A stretch of 64,000 nt of DNA, from contig OX597826.1 of assembly GCA_951406725.2 (NCBI GenBank), positions 69,316,001-69,380,000 of the forward strand, written 5' to 3'. The notes beneath the pieces are model-generated. The model saw nothing but the letters and a program-made list of their open reading frames with translations. It had not been told where the DNA came from and searched no databases. Below, piece by piece: positions 14,395-26,015 of this stretch. The stretch is from Octopus vulgaris (lineage: Eukaryota). The position numbers and the translations under genes are program-made. Each line of letters starts with the position of its first letter. Position 1 is the stretch's first letter.

Positions 14395-15450
14395 ATTTCT
14401 TTGTTCTGTAACTACGCATTGTCTGTACCAGTACAACGTCTACACATTCTCTGTATCTACCAAGTCAACATCCATACACTGAATCTATTTTCAGACATCC
14501 ACACACTGTATATCTATATATTAATTCCATATTTCCACTCACATTGTGTCTATTCAACATCATACACATTGTGTCTGTCCATATACTGAGTATACACTGA
14601 GTATTTGTATAAACTACGTTCACACAGAATGTATAACCCAGATACCATCAAGAGAAATGTAGCACACCAGTGAAGCCTGGAATTTTACAAAAGCCTTTTT
14701 ATTATTAACAAGAAAACACTAAACACAAACCGTATCTTCTTGATTTTCTCTTTCAGTCTCATCAATGACGGGCGTCTCTGTTCGTTGATGATATCCCGAT
14801 TAGAAATGAATGAATATATAACCAGAGCATATCGTTGGTATCAAAGCCACATGCACCCACCTAAACCTCACAACAGTCCTTCTACGCATAGTTATAGTTA
14901 CATATATATATATATATACATACGTGCATACGTTTATGTATATAAGTGTGTGTGTGTTGTGTGCGTGTGATTGTGTGTACGCACGTTTGTATGAATGCGT
15001 TTATACATATATGCGTTTATACATGTATGCGTTAGTGTGTATGTATACGTTTATACATGTATGCGTTTGTATGTATGCGTTTATACATGTATGCGTTTAT
15101 ACATATATGCGTTAGTGTGTGAGCGAGTGTGTGTATATATATATGTACACACACGCACACATACACACACGTACACATACACACACGCACACATACACAC
15201 ACGTACACACACACACGCACACATACACACAGAGATCTACTGGTAACATGTTATCCAGTACAACCTGTCGCTTGGTTGGGCCATCGCTGGTTAAACCCAG
15301 TAACCCTAGCAACCTGCTTGGTAAGGTGGGTGCTTTTCTTTAAACATTTTGTAGAACGAAAACTAAGAACTGTCAAAGAGCCGATGAACTCAATAGAGCC
15401 AACGGCCATCCAACAACTGGGGGTAAGAGAATCCTAGTCTTCCTTTAGAC

Positions 15451-15969
15451 CAGAGGTGGGGAAATGCTCGCCCGCAGGCGCAATTGCGCCCGCGATCCCG
15501 TTTTATTGTGCCAGCAGGCTAATACACTCATATGTAAAAAATATAGTAATCTTTTCAATCAAAATTTATACAATATTCGTCTGCTTATTTGCGACATAGA
15601 TCCCGTTTCCGCCATGACTTAAAATGGTCAGAAATTAACCGGTAATTGCCATTTGAATGGAGATTTTGGTTTCACTATAAAACACATATTGATAGGTTTA
15701 TACCACCCCTTAAGACCCCAACTACACTGTAGCTGAACAGTATAAAATACCTCATATGTAATATAAACGTCCTAGATTCAGTAGCGGCGTTAATAAAGAT
15801 GTTACGGGTTAATTTAATGAGTTAAACTTATCTTTATTAATGTATATCAAATTATACAGAGATATATACAAGATTTACACAGATATAAAAGTTAGAACCT
15901 GTGATTCGCCCGCGGACCATTTTCGTAGGAAATTTTTGCCCGCCGCACTAAAATGTTTCCCTACCCCTG
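15451..15969. mobile_element. hAT (Charlie-type) non-autonomous element
   Basis: TIRs cagaggtggggaaa / tttccctacccctg; perfect 8-bp TSD ctttagac; subterminal gcccgc repeats. Confidence 0.92.
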
Positions 15970-16705
15970 CTTTAGACGCTTCTCTACTTACAGAAGAACT
16001 CTGATGTGACACCCATGATATCTTTTGCATCAGACGAGGCAGCCTGGTCCCATTTAGTGGGCAAAGCATACATAGACCCAGAGAGTGAGAATGTCTGGTA
16101 TGCATGAGTGACTGCTGGTCACCTATAAACAATCTTACCCGGACTTGTGCGTCGGAGGGGAACTTTCTCTGTGCAACCCCATGGTCGTAGAGGGGTCTTT
16201 ACCCTTTAACTTATTACGTGTTACATATTATGGTTAGCTGTCGCTGGCGAAGGCAAAAGTGTCAATGAAAGTATTCCACGATTGAATGCTTGCATGTGTG
16301 AGCGTAGGTGAAAGCACCCTGGACACCTGCCGCAATAGACACTGTGTAGCCACAGCTGTGCAATGCTCGGTAGAAAAGCAACAACTGCTCATGTTTAAGA
16401 GACCAATCAAGAGATGGCATTGCTTCAAATCAAGTTGCAGCCATCCCCCACACACATGCACACACACACACACACACACACACTTCTGTCTGTCTATCTA
16501 TCTATCAATCTATGTATCTCTCTATCTACAAATATACATGTGCGTATGTGTATACATGTATGTATATATGTATATGTGTGTGTGCGTGTGTATATACACA
16601 TAAACACATATACATAAATGCATATATGTATGTATGTGTGGATGCGCGAATATATGTATGCATAGATACTCGTACATATATTTATATACAAATATATGTA
16701 TATAC

Positions 16706-16746
<41 letters not shown>

Positions 16747-16764
16747 TGTGTGTGTGTGTGTATC

Positions 16765-17080
16765 CCCCATGCAATGCGCCCCTTACAAAGGTCGAGATTA
16801 CAACACATAAAAGCATTGCGACACAGTTTCTTCGCTGCAAATGGTCCTGCTCCTTCCAATGTTATCCTGAAAGAAAATGAAGTAGAAAAAGACACCCACG
16901 GCATTCCTCCATTCCTCCATGAAATACCGAATAAATCACCTACTCCTGGATATGTCGCAGCCAACAACAACAACCCTCTGCTTGAGAAGTCCATGGTGCT
17001 CCGAAAAAATTAATTAAAAGACTTTTCCAGGTGGTGCCATTGAGCTAGTCATGACCTGGGCCAACAATGGCCTAAACGAA
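16765..17080 (+). pseudogene. 3' end of a CR1-group LINE (ORF2 C-terminus and 3' UTR)
   Basis: Translation ...RHSFFAANGPAPSNVILKE...FLHEIPNKSPTPGY...NPLL resembles CR1 ORF2 C-termini and parallels the 45200-45785 remnant; short GC-richer 3' UTR. Confidence 0.65.
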
Positions 17081-17094
17081 TATATATACATATC

Positions 17095-17612
17095 TTGGAT
17101 TGTCTGGAAAGTTCGTGCCGATTTATAGTAGCTTATCTTTCGACTTATTTTAGAACATGGTTGAGTCCATAAAATAGGATTTGACTACACCTCCATTTAG
17201 AGCACAGTTTAAGTTATCTTTTCGTGGACAAAGTTTTATGTTCCTATAACCTGTGTTAATTCTGTAACCCTTTAAAATGGAAGATAAGAAAGTTCATTTT
17301 CGGCATTTGATGATTTGTGAACCAGACAAAAATTGCTGCAACTCGGCTGGGACGTGTTACCCCACTCTCTATATTCACCAGATGTTGCTCCTTCGGATTT
17401 ACACTCATTCAGGTCTCTGCAGAACAGTGTTAATGGTAAAAATTTCAATTCCTTGGATGACGTAAAAGAGGGTATTTTCAAGTTAAAGGAAAGACGGAGA
17501 CGCATTGTGCAACAAAATGGTTCATATTTGGTTGATTAAAAATGTAATGGCAGGTATTTATTGATCTTTTACTTTCCTTTAAATATCGGCACGAACTTTC
17601 CGGACAACCCAA
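17095..17612 (+). mobile_element. Internally deleted mariner element (mellifera-subfamily-like)
   Basis: ~30-bp TIRs ttggattgtctggaaagttcgtgccgat / atcggcacgaactttccggacaacccaa+TA; transposase N-terminus MEDKKVHFRHLM fused to C-terminal LGWDVLPHSLYSPDVAPSDLHSFRSLQN (YSPDLAP motif). Confidence 0.93.
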
Positions 17613-17700
17613 TACATACATACATATATATATATATAAATGTTGATGATGATGATGATGATGATGATTCATGTATATCTATGCATATTCAAATACGCCT

Positions 17701-17732
<32 letters not shown>

Positions 17733-18534
17733 CTTTCCATGAAGTTCTCTATCACTTTCTCGAACCAACCTCGCCGAGGTCGACGCGACTACTCTCTTTC
17801 ATCATAGCAGACACGCTATAATTAGTACCTGACATATATTAGGTTCAACTCGCAGCTCTCCCATTGGCCTTTCTTCCTTCCACGAAACAACTTCAGACCT
17901 TGGGTGCAATGAATCACCGCTCACTAACCGACATTTTAACACCGCAAATCTTTTTTTCCGCACTAGATTTATTCCCGAGATTTAAATGAATGAGAATACA
18001 ACTAGGGCGTATCTTTCTCTTGTGAACCGCCGTGCTCATTCATAGATGATTGTTATCGTTATTAAACACGTCCTTTCATTCATATATATTATATTTCTTT
18101 TTTTTTCATTATAATCACCTGTGTAATAGGTGTGGTGTAGCTAACAGCTTGTATTTCCTCTGTTATGTTGATTAGGAATTTCGACTACCTTCTGTCTCAG
18201 AGAGGAGTAGTCGGAGTACAAGGGAGTAAAGTTCGTTGTAAAAAGGCGAGAGAGAGAAAAGTCATTCAACAGATTTGGGCGCCTGTCTGTTCGAGGTTTC
18301 ATTCTTAAACACTGTGCTGTAGGTATTTGAGCCGCCAACGCCGCCGCCGTGGTTGCCATTGACATCGACGCCGACCCCGCCGCTACTGCTGCTGCTGTTG
18401 ATGTTTTTGTTGGTGTGCTGCCGTGAGCGTTGTTAGTGGTGGTGGTTGTGGTGGATGTGTTGTTATTGTTTGCTTTAGAGTGTCGGTGGTGGTGGTATTG
18501 TTCGTGGTTGTGGTGGTGGGCATTGATGGCGGTG

Positions 18535-18569
<35 letters not shown>

Positions 18570-18825
18570 TCATTGACTTTAGCCAAAGATTCTTTCTTCG
18601 AATGAAAATTTCTGTGTATATTCATATACGCATGACTATATACATGTGTGTGTGCGTGTGTGTTTGCGTATGTGTGTGTGCGCGCGCGCGTATATGTATG
18701 TATATGTCCATACATATATATACGTGTATATACATATATATGTGTATGAGTGTGTATGTTTGCTGTGTATTCATACATATATATTTGTACATACACATAT
18801 ATATATGAATATGTATGTATGTATA

Positions 18826-19435
18826 GGCGCAGGTGTGGCTGTGTTAAGAAGCTTGCTTACAAACCACATGGTTCCAGGTTCAGTCCCATAAACATGAAAG
18901 CACAAAAAAAACACAACAACGCGAGGACGTGGAACAAATATAGTATTATTGGACGCTCAGGAAAGAAGGGAAGAAGGAGGGTTTAACGTTTCGAGCGGAT
19001 CTCTTCGTCGGAAACATAGGAGAAGGAAAGATCCAGAAGTGGAAAAATGGAAGTAGAAGAAGAAAGGTAAAAGAGGACGAGGAAAAAGTGGAAGAGTCAC
19101 GGACAAATTCTTTTGATTTCCAATCACGATTTCAGTGGCGTACTCCGGAAGAATGGTAACATGTAATCCGTAGGCGTAAAAATCCAGGAATTGGTATCCA
19201 AGGCACTCAGAAAATGTGTATGCATATATTTGTGTCTGTTTTTGTCCCACCACCACCACCACCATCGCTTGACAACCGATGCTAGTGTGTTTACGTCCCT
19301 GTAACTTATCGTCCCGGCAAAAGAGAATAAGTACTAGGCTTACAAAGAGTAAGTCCTGGGGTCAGTTTGTTCGACTGAAGGCGGTGCTCCAGCTTGGCCG
19401 CAGTCAAAAGGCTGAAACAAGTAAAAGAATAAAAC
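18826..19435 (+). mobile_element. SINE B split by a Penelope-like terminal-repeat fragment (~18890-19212, minus)
   Basis: SINE B head to 18888; body resumes ~19215 (gtctgtttttgtccccac...cttgacaaccgatgc) through the tail; the intervening DNA carries a hammerhead-like motif. Confidence 0.75.
18981..19015 (-). ncRNA. Minimal type I hammerhead-like motif (CCGACGA core)
   Basis: Minus strand gttt-CCGACGA-a-gag(atccg)ctc-GAAAC-GUU-aaac; stem I 4 bp, stem II 3 bp, palindromic stem III ACGU. Confidence 0.6.
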
Positions 19436-19559
19436 AATACATATATATATATGTGTGTGTGTATTTATGTACGTGTGTATACACGTGTGTATGTATTTGT
19501 GTTTATGTCTGTGAGTATACATACATATATGACTGTATGTGTACACACACACACGCACG

Positions 19560-19613
<54 letters not shown>

Positions 19614-19614
<1 letters not shown>

Positions 19615-19975
19615 CAATAATAATTCTCTAAAAGGGATATAGACAGTAACTGCTCGATAACATGCGTTAAAGCATCTGAATATTTAGGCAAGGGCAGTGT
19701 TGTTACTGTTGCATTTAGCCCCAGGCGACATCGACGTCACCAGAAAGGCTATACATGCCCTTAACCTACAAGGGGAGGTAATTCCCGTACCTCCCCTTGC
19801 AGGTTAAGGGCACCGTGACGGTGTCGAGCCTTTCTGGTGACGTCGATGTTCGCCTGGGGCTAAATGCAACAGTAACACCCCACCACCCGCCCGTCCCTAG
19901 CCATATTCAGATGGCTTTAGTCCCTTATGTTATCGAGCAGTTACTGTCTATATCCCTTTTAGAGAATTATTATTG

Positions 19976-19976
<1 letters not shown>
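19614..19976. mobile_element. 363-bp palindromic (foldback/MITE-like) element inserted in (TA)n
   Basis: Perfect 50-bp terminal inverted repeat plus ~50-bp and 25-bp internal stems, 7-nt central loop; (TA)n on both sides. Confidence 0.85.
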
Positions 19977-20041
<65 letters not shown>

Positions 20042-20072
20042 GTATATATGTATATGTGTATGTATAAATATA

Positions 20073-20283
20073 CAACGTGGCCTAAAAGTAGGTCTACAGT
20101 TGTCACGTAGGCACTTTAAATTTCTTTTAAGACATTTTATTACATTCAACTTTCTTTGTTACAATCAACTATATTAGCATAGCATAATGGCTTCATATTT
20201 TTCATCATTAATATTTAAACTGTTAATATAAGAATGCGAAACACATAGTTGAATAGCTGTAAAACTGTTGGGGGGCCACTCTA
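20073..20283. mobile_element. Degraded Tc1/mariner-type MITE
   Basis: Imperfect TIRs caacgtggcctaaaag...tacagtt / agctgtaaaactgttgg...ggccactcta; TA on both sides; termini resemble 51211-51404. Confidence 0.55.
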
Positions 20284-20329
20284 TATTACATATATATATA
20301 TATATATATGTATAATGTATGTATACTCC

Positions 20330-20544
20330 TTTCTATTCTTCTTTTTTTGTTTCAGTCATTTGACTGCGGCCATACTAGAGCACCGTCTTTAGTATACCAA
20401 ATCGACCCCAGGATTTATTCTTTGTAAGCCTAGTACTTATTCTATCGGAATCTCCTGCCGAACCGCTATATGACGTGAACGTAAACACTCCAGCATTGGT
20501 TGTCAAGCGATGTTGGGAGATAAACACAGGCACACAAACATATG

Positions 20545-20586
<42 letters not shown>

Positions 20587-20645
20587 CACACACACATATA
20601 TATGTATCATATATATGTAGACGGAAACTGAAAGAAGCCCGTCGT
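20330..20645 (-). mobile_element. SINE B, 3' portion; followed by a degraded plus-strand copy to ~20860
   Basis: gtttcagtcatttgactgcggcc...gcaccgtcttt is the reversed tail; internal (CA)n. Confidence 0.82.
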
Positions 20646-21036
20646 ATATATGTGTCTGTGTGATAGGATCCCATCACAGTTCAACAACTGGTGTTGCACT
20701 TTCATCTACGTAACTTAGCTGTTCTGCAAGAAAGCCCGATAAAATAAGTACTAGGCTATAAAAAAAATCAATACTGCTATCGATTCAATCGACTAAGAAT
20801 TTTCTAAGTGGTGCCCCAGCATGGTCGTAGTCTAATGACTGACACGAGTTAACGATAAAACATAACAGAAAAAAGTTTGCTATATGGAAAATGAATCGAT
20901 CCTCACCGCAGGTCTCTGTGATAAACGGTTGATATCTTACTTTGGATAACAATGTTTTAATCTCTCACCACCCTGGGTCTCAATAGGGGTCAATATCGAT
21001 TTATAGTAATCACTAATATTTAATAACATTTTATTT

Positions 21037-21201
21037 GGCGCAAGATGGCTGTGTGGTATGTAGCTTGCTTACCAACCACATGGTTCCGGGTTCAGTCCCA
21101 CTGCGTGGCATCTTGGGCAACTGTCTTCTACTATAGCCTCGGGCCGTCCAAAGCCTTGTGGATTTGGTAGACGGAAACTAAAAGAAGCCCGTTCTATATA
21201 C

Positions 21202-21255
<54 letters not shown>

Positions 21256-21447
21256 TTATATATATGTATGTGTGTGTATATGTTTGTGTGTCTGTGTTTG
21301 TCCCCCCAACATCACTTGACAACCGATGCTGAGACCGATAGAATAAGTACTAGGCTTCCAAATAATAAATCTTGGAGTCGATCTGCTCGACTAAAGTCGG
21401 TGCTCCAGCATGGCTGCAGTCAAATGACTGAAACAAGTAAAAGAGTA
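21037..21447 (+). mobile_element. SINE family B (tRNA head, CORE-like segment, internal microsatellite)
   Basis: A box tggctgtgtgg, B box gggttcagtccc, CORE-like cttgggcaa, (TA)n, tail ccagcatggctgcagtcaaatgactgaaacaagtaaaagag. Confidence 0.9.
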
Positions 21448-21714
21448 ATAATATTATGTTTGGTAACCGAGTCCTCCAGTCTTTGAAAATGTCTAAGCCA
21501 TAGAGAATTTCCCTGCACCAAATATCTGTACAGAACTTGACTTTCTCCGAGACAACAGCAGCAGCAGCAGCAGCAGCCTGAACGTGTTTTAGTTTGTTTT
21601 TTTTTTTTATCTTATGCTGGTTTTAGTCACTGGACTGCGACCATGCTGAAGCACCCCTTTGAAAAGTTCAGTCGAACAAATCAACCCATTACTTATTTTT
21701 AAAGCAATTATCGC

Positions 21715-21995
21715 CAGCTGACCGGTGTCTGCTACTCTAGGCCGATGAAGGACAATGATCCTGAAACACGGTGTCCCTAGATGCAGTTCCGGCAGTTGGG
21801 GGTGTTTGTCTCCCCTTCGTATGTGTATATAAGGACACAGGATAAAATGTGTCGAAGCTGTCAGGAGGCGTTCGATGCCTCCTAGGGCTATATAACGGTG
21901 GTGTACTCCCTACTGTCACGTTCTTGTTAGATTGACAGTATACAACCATTATATCGCTCCACCACCGTACACCTCTCTACGACAGATTTAGAAAC
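21715..21995 (+). mobile_element. Penelope-like pseudo-LTR fragment
   Basis: Carries a hammerhead; ~21825-21995 is homologous to ~29920-30085, so it is a dispersed repeat. Confidence 0.65.
21729..21786 (+). ncRNA. Type I hammerhead ribozyme motif (CCGAUGA variant)
   Basis: tctagg-CCGAUGA-agga(caatga)tcct-GAAAC-ac-g-gt-GUC-cctaga; stem I 6 bp extended by ctgc/gcag past an internal loop. Confidence 0.75.
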
Positions 21996-22133
21996 TCAAT
22001 ATTTCTTATAATCTCTCGATCGTTTTTGCCGAAATGTTAAGGTACAGGGACATAAACAAACCAAGATTGGTTGCCAAGTAGCGTTGGGGTGTGCAAGTAC
22101 AAACACAGGCACAAAGCACACACACAGGCACAA

Positions 22134-22183
<50 letters not shown>

Positions 22184-22246
22184 TATGCGACATGCTCGCC
22201 TTGCATACAGATGGTTTTAGGATTCAGTCTATCTACGCTGCACCTT

Positions 22247-22555
22247 GTGGAGGCACATGGCCTAGTGGTTAGAGCAGCGGACTCGCGGTCGTGGGATCGC
22301 GGGTTCGAATCTCAGACCGGGCGATGCGTGTGTTTTTGAGCGAAACACCTATAGCTGCACGCGGCTCCGACAGAAGGTAATGGCGAACTTCTGCTGACTC
22401 TTTCGTCACAAATTTCTCTCACTCTTTCCTCCTGCATCTTGCAGCTAATCTGCGACGGACTGGCACCCCGTTCAAGTGGGGAACCTATATGCTAAGGAAA
22501 CCGGGAAACCGGCCCTTACGAGCCAAGCATAGCTCGGGAAGGAACATACAAAACA
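22247..22555 (+). mobile_element. SINE C variant with V-domain-like 3' half
   Basis: tRNA head gtggaggcacatggcctagtggttag, B box gggttcgaatctc; body tgcgacggactggcaccccgttca; TSD ctgcacctt (22238-22246, 22556-22564). Confidence 0.9.
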
Positions 22556-23157
22556 CTGCACCTTGTGTATTCATGCTTAGTCTCAGGAACCTGTCGTTCT
22601 TTTTGTCTTTGTTTTGTTTTGTTTCAACTCTTTTACCTGTCTGTGGTATAATAACATCGCTGACTCCGACTACAACAAAAGAGTAGAGGACCGCTCGATA
22701 TACTAAGTACTGTAACATGTTTGTCGTTCCACATTCTCTCTCTCCCTCTCAGCTTTTGAATATCATATTTGAACTTTATACTCTTTGCAATTCTATAGAC
22801 AGTTCTGTTTGCGAATCGGGAAGCGGTGTGAACACCAAATGCCCATTACTCTATTATTCTAACACTTTAGTGATTTATGATTTGGTTTCCAGCAGCATAA
22901 AATCTATTCTGTAACCCCAGGTTTACACCAATCATCCACCTCCGCCAAGTAGAAACTTTAACTTGTATTGTCGTTTCTTCAGCATTACTAATTCTCGTAT
23001 ATTTTGAAACAGATTCCGTCGCTTGTTTTATTTAATGTAAGTTAACCGTTGCAGCTCCGTCTTACCTGCCGTATTTTCCGACATACAAGTCGACGTAATA
23101 TTCATATAGAACAACAGGTTTGTTGATTTTATATTTCTGTTTGTTAAGATGAAAATA

Positions 23158-23708
23158 TTGGGTTGTCTGGAAAGTTCGCGTCGATATTTAAAAGAAAGAA
23201 AAAGGTCAATAAATACTTGCAATTACATTTTTAATCAACCAAATATGAACCATTTTCTTGTACAATGCGTCACCATCTTTCCTTTAACCAGAAAATACCC
23301 TTTTCCCCGAATTAAGGTGGTTTCATGGCAAACAATTTATCAAGGTATCTTTTTACGTCAACCAGGGAATTTAAATTTTTACCATTAAAACTATTCTGCA
23401 GAGACCTGAATAAGTGGAAATCTGAAGGAGCAATATCTGATGAATATGGAGGGTGGGGTAACACATCCCAGCCGAGTTGCAGCAATTTTTGTCTGGTTCG
23501 CAAATCATCAAGTGCCGAAAATGAACTTTCTTATCTTCCATTTTAAAGGGTTAAAGAATTAACACAGGTTATAGGAATATAAAACTTTGTCCACGAAAAG
23601 ATAACTTAAACTGTGCTCTAAATGGAGGTGTAGTCAAATCCTATTTTATGGATTCAACCATGTTCTAAAATAAGTCGAAAGGTAAGCTACTATAAATCAG
23701 CAACCTAA
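23158..23708 (-). mobile_element. Second copy of the internally deleted mariner
   Basis: Reverse complement of 17095-17612; LGWDVLPHPPYSSDIAPSDFHLFRSLQN; TA on both sides; one TIR partly deleted. Confidence 0.92.
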
Positions 23709-23797
23709 TACATGCTTTTCTGACGATTACCTTACAAATTCAACAACAGTTTCATTCTTTTACAGAACCATCCATGATTTCAAGTCTGTCTTGTCTA

Positions 23798-23958
23798 CCG
23801 TATTTTCCGACATACCAATCGACGTATTATGTAATGTAAACATTCAAACATGGTCGCCATTTTTCCAAATCGTGCTGCATTCCACGTCGAAATCTTTCTG
23901 TATACGTCGGCTGCAAATTTTGGTTTAGAAAATTAGAATTGAACGCCGGCAAATACAA
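23798..23958. mobile_element. Degraded Tc2/pogo-type MITE
   Basis: TA+ccgtattttccg ... cggcaaatac; its left end also occurs at ~23069-23100. Confidence 0.5.
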
Positions 23959-24387
23959 TAATTTCAGTAGTTCTACAGTTCGTGTACAGATCTTTTGACT
24001 CTGTTCCTAGTAGTTGTGATCTTAAATTCCTAGTTTTATATCTCCTTGAAGCAGATATCTTCCTTTCGTTCGAATGTCTGAAATAATTTTCTGTGTAAGC
24101 TACGCGAGATGGGTCTCCGTTTGCACGTAGGATGCGTGTCTTTATATGACGTACAGTGTTGTACTGTTTCCTGGCAACACATTTAACTCTGAAAAAAAGG
24201 TTGAGAAAAGAAACAAAAAATGGTACATCAAAGGATTTAGGGAAAACAGAAGGAAGACGATGATTCATTGTTAATAATTGTCGTACATGAAATTGAAAGC
24301 TGAAAATGTAACTTGTGGAATGAGGATCGGTGATTATATGAGGTGTAAGCTGTTGTTCGTAAGGAATCTCAAAGAAAACTTGAAATA

Positions 24388-25250
24388 TAGATGTGTATGT
24401 GTGTGTATACAGATAATATACATACATATATATATAATATATGTATATGTATTCGTATATATTCTTTTATACAAATATGTCTGTGTGTATATGTATATAT
24501 ATAAGCACATACATATATATATACATGAATATATACCTATATACATACATATATCTATATATATATATATATATATATTTATACATATACATATATGTAT
24601 ATATATAAATATATGTATATATTTATGTATATATATATATGTACGATTATATATATCTATGTACTGATATGAATATATATATATACACACACACAAAACT
24701 GATATACATATGTATAAAAGAATATATAAGAATACATATATATATATATGTATACACACACACATGTATATACATGTATATATATTTATATATATACACA
24801 TATATATATCAGTATATATATATGTATGTATATACGCACATATATGTGTATATGTATATATGTATATATGTATATATATATGCATATATCTATATTATGA
24901 TACTATATATATATATACATAAGTGTGTGTTTGTGTGCGTGTGCGTGTAGGGGGGTGTTTATATATGTATGATAGATAGATAATTAATGAAACGGATATA
25001 TGTATGAAAGAAAACTTGAAATAACGAAGTGAAAGCATTAAACGAAATTTTTGCCACATATAGAAATGGAAAATGCAATATCTGAAATTCAAAGCTTCAA
25101 TAGAATCTTTTAAAATTGGAATGTGTTAGTGTTAAGAATTGCATAAAATTGAAATGCGTTACTGTTAAGAAATGTAATAAACGAGAGAGAAGGCTGAAAG
25201 ATAAACTTTGAAAATTGAAATATTTCTGTTATTGAAAAAGGTAGTATATG

Positions 25251-25337
<87 letters not shown>

Positions 25338-25342
25338 ATATA

Positions 25343-25386
<44 letters not shown>

Positions 25387-25450
25387 TGTATATGTATATA
25401 TATATTTATAATATACATTATAATTATACCTATATACATATGCCTACTTA

Positions 25451-25529
<79 letters not shown>

Positions 25530-26015
25530 GTATATTCTAAATATATAGATACATATGTGTGTGTATATATATATATGCATGTACATGCATATACATATTT
25601 ATAATATACATTATAACTATACATATATACATATGCTTATTTAAACATATATATATGTGTGTGTATAAATGTATTCACACGTACACACGCGTGTGCACAC
25701 ACACACTGATACATATACACACACACATACACACACACACACATATATATATATTAAACAATGAAATGTCTGTATGTAAAATAGCCATTGAAGAAATAAC
25801 TGAACCGATATGCTATTACAAATACTAGCATATATACGCGTGAGTATGTGTGTGTATGTGTGTATACATACATATATACAAAAGCATATACTTACATGTG
25901 ACCGTGGGTGTGTGCATGAATGCAATTACGTATAGATAGATAGACGCATATATAGAATAAATATATATATATTTATTTATTTATGTAAGTATACATGTAT
26001 GTATGTCTGCGTGTA
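24388..26015. repeat. Degenerate (TA)/(TG)/(CA) microsatellite fields
   Basis: Direct inspection; local ~80-bp duplication ~25380-25460 vs ~25572-25655. Confidence 0.88.

Larger units (their letters stand above)
13400..14600. repeat. Degenerate ~28-bp minisatellite (approx. ctatccagtcaacatctacacactgtgt) interrupted by a hAT MITE and a SINE C
   Basis: Recurrent agtcaacatc / tacacactgt / tgtgtctat motifs on both sides of the two insertions. Confidence 0.65.

Noticed and set aside
17900-18420. GC-richer unique patch with ORF 18141-18365
   Set aside because: No recognisable protein similarity or convincing splice sites; it grades into (GCC)/(GCT)/(GGT) repeats. A regulatory role cannot be judged from sequence alone.
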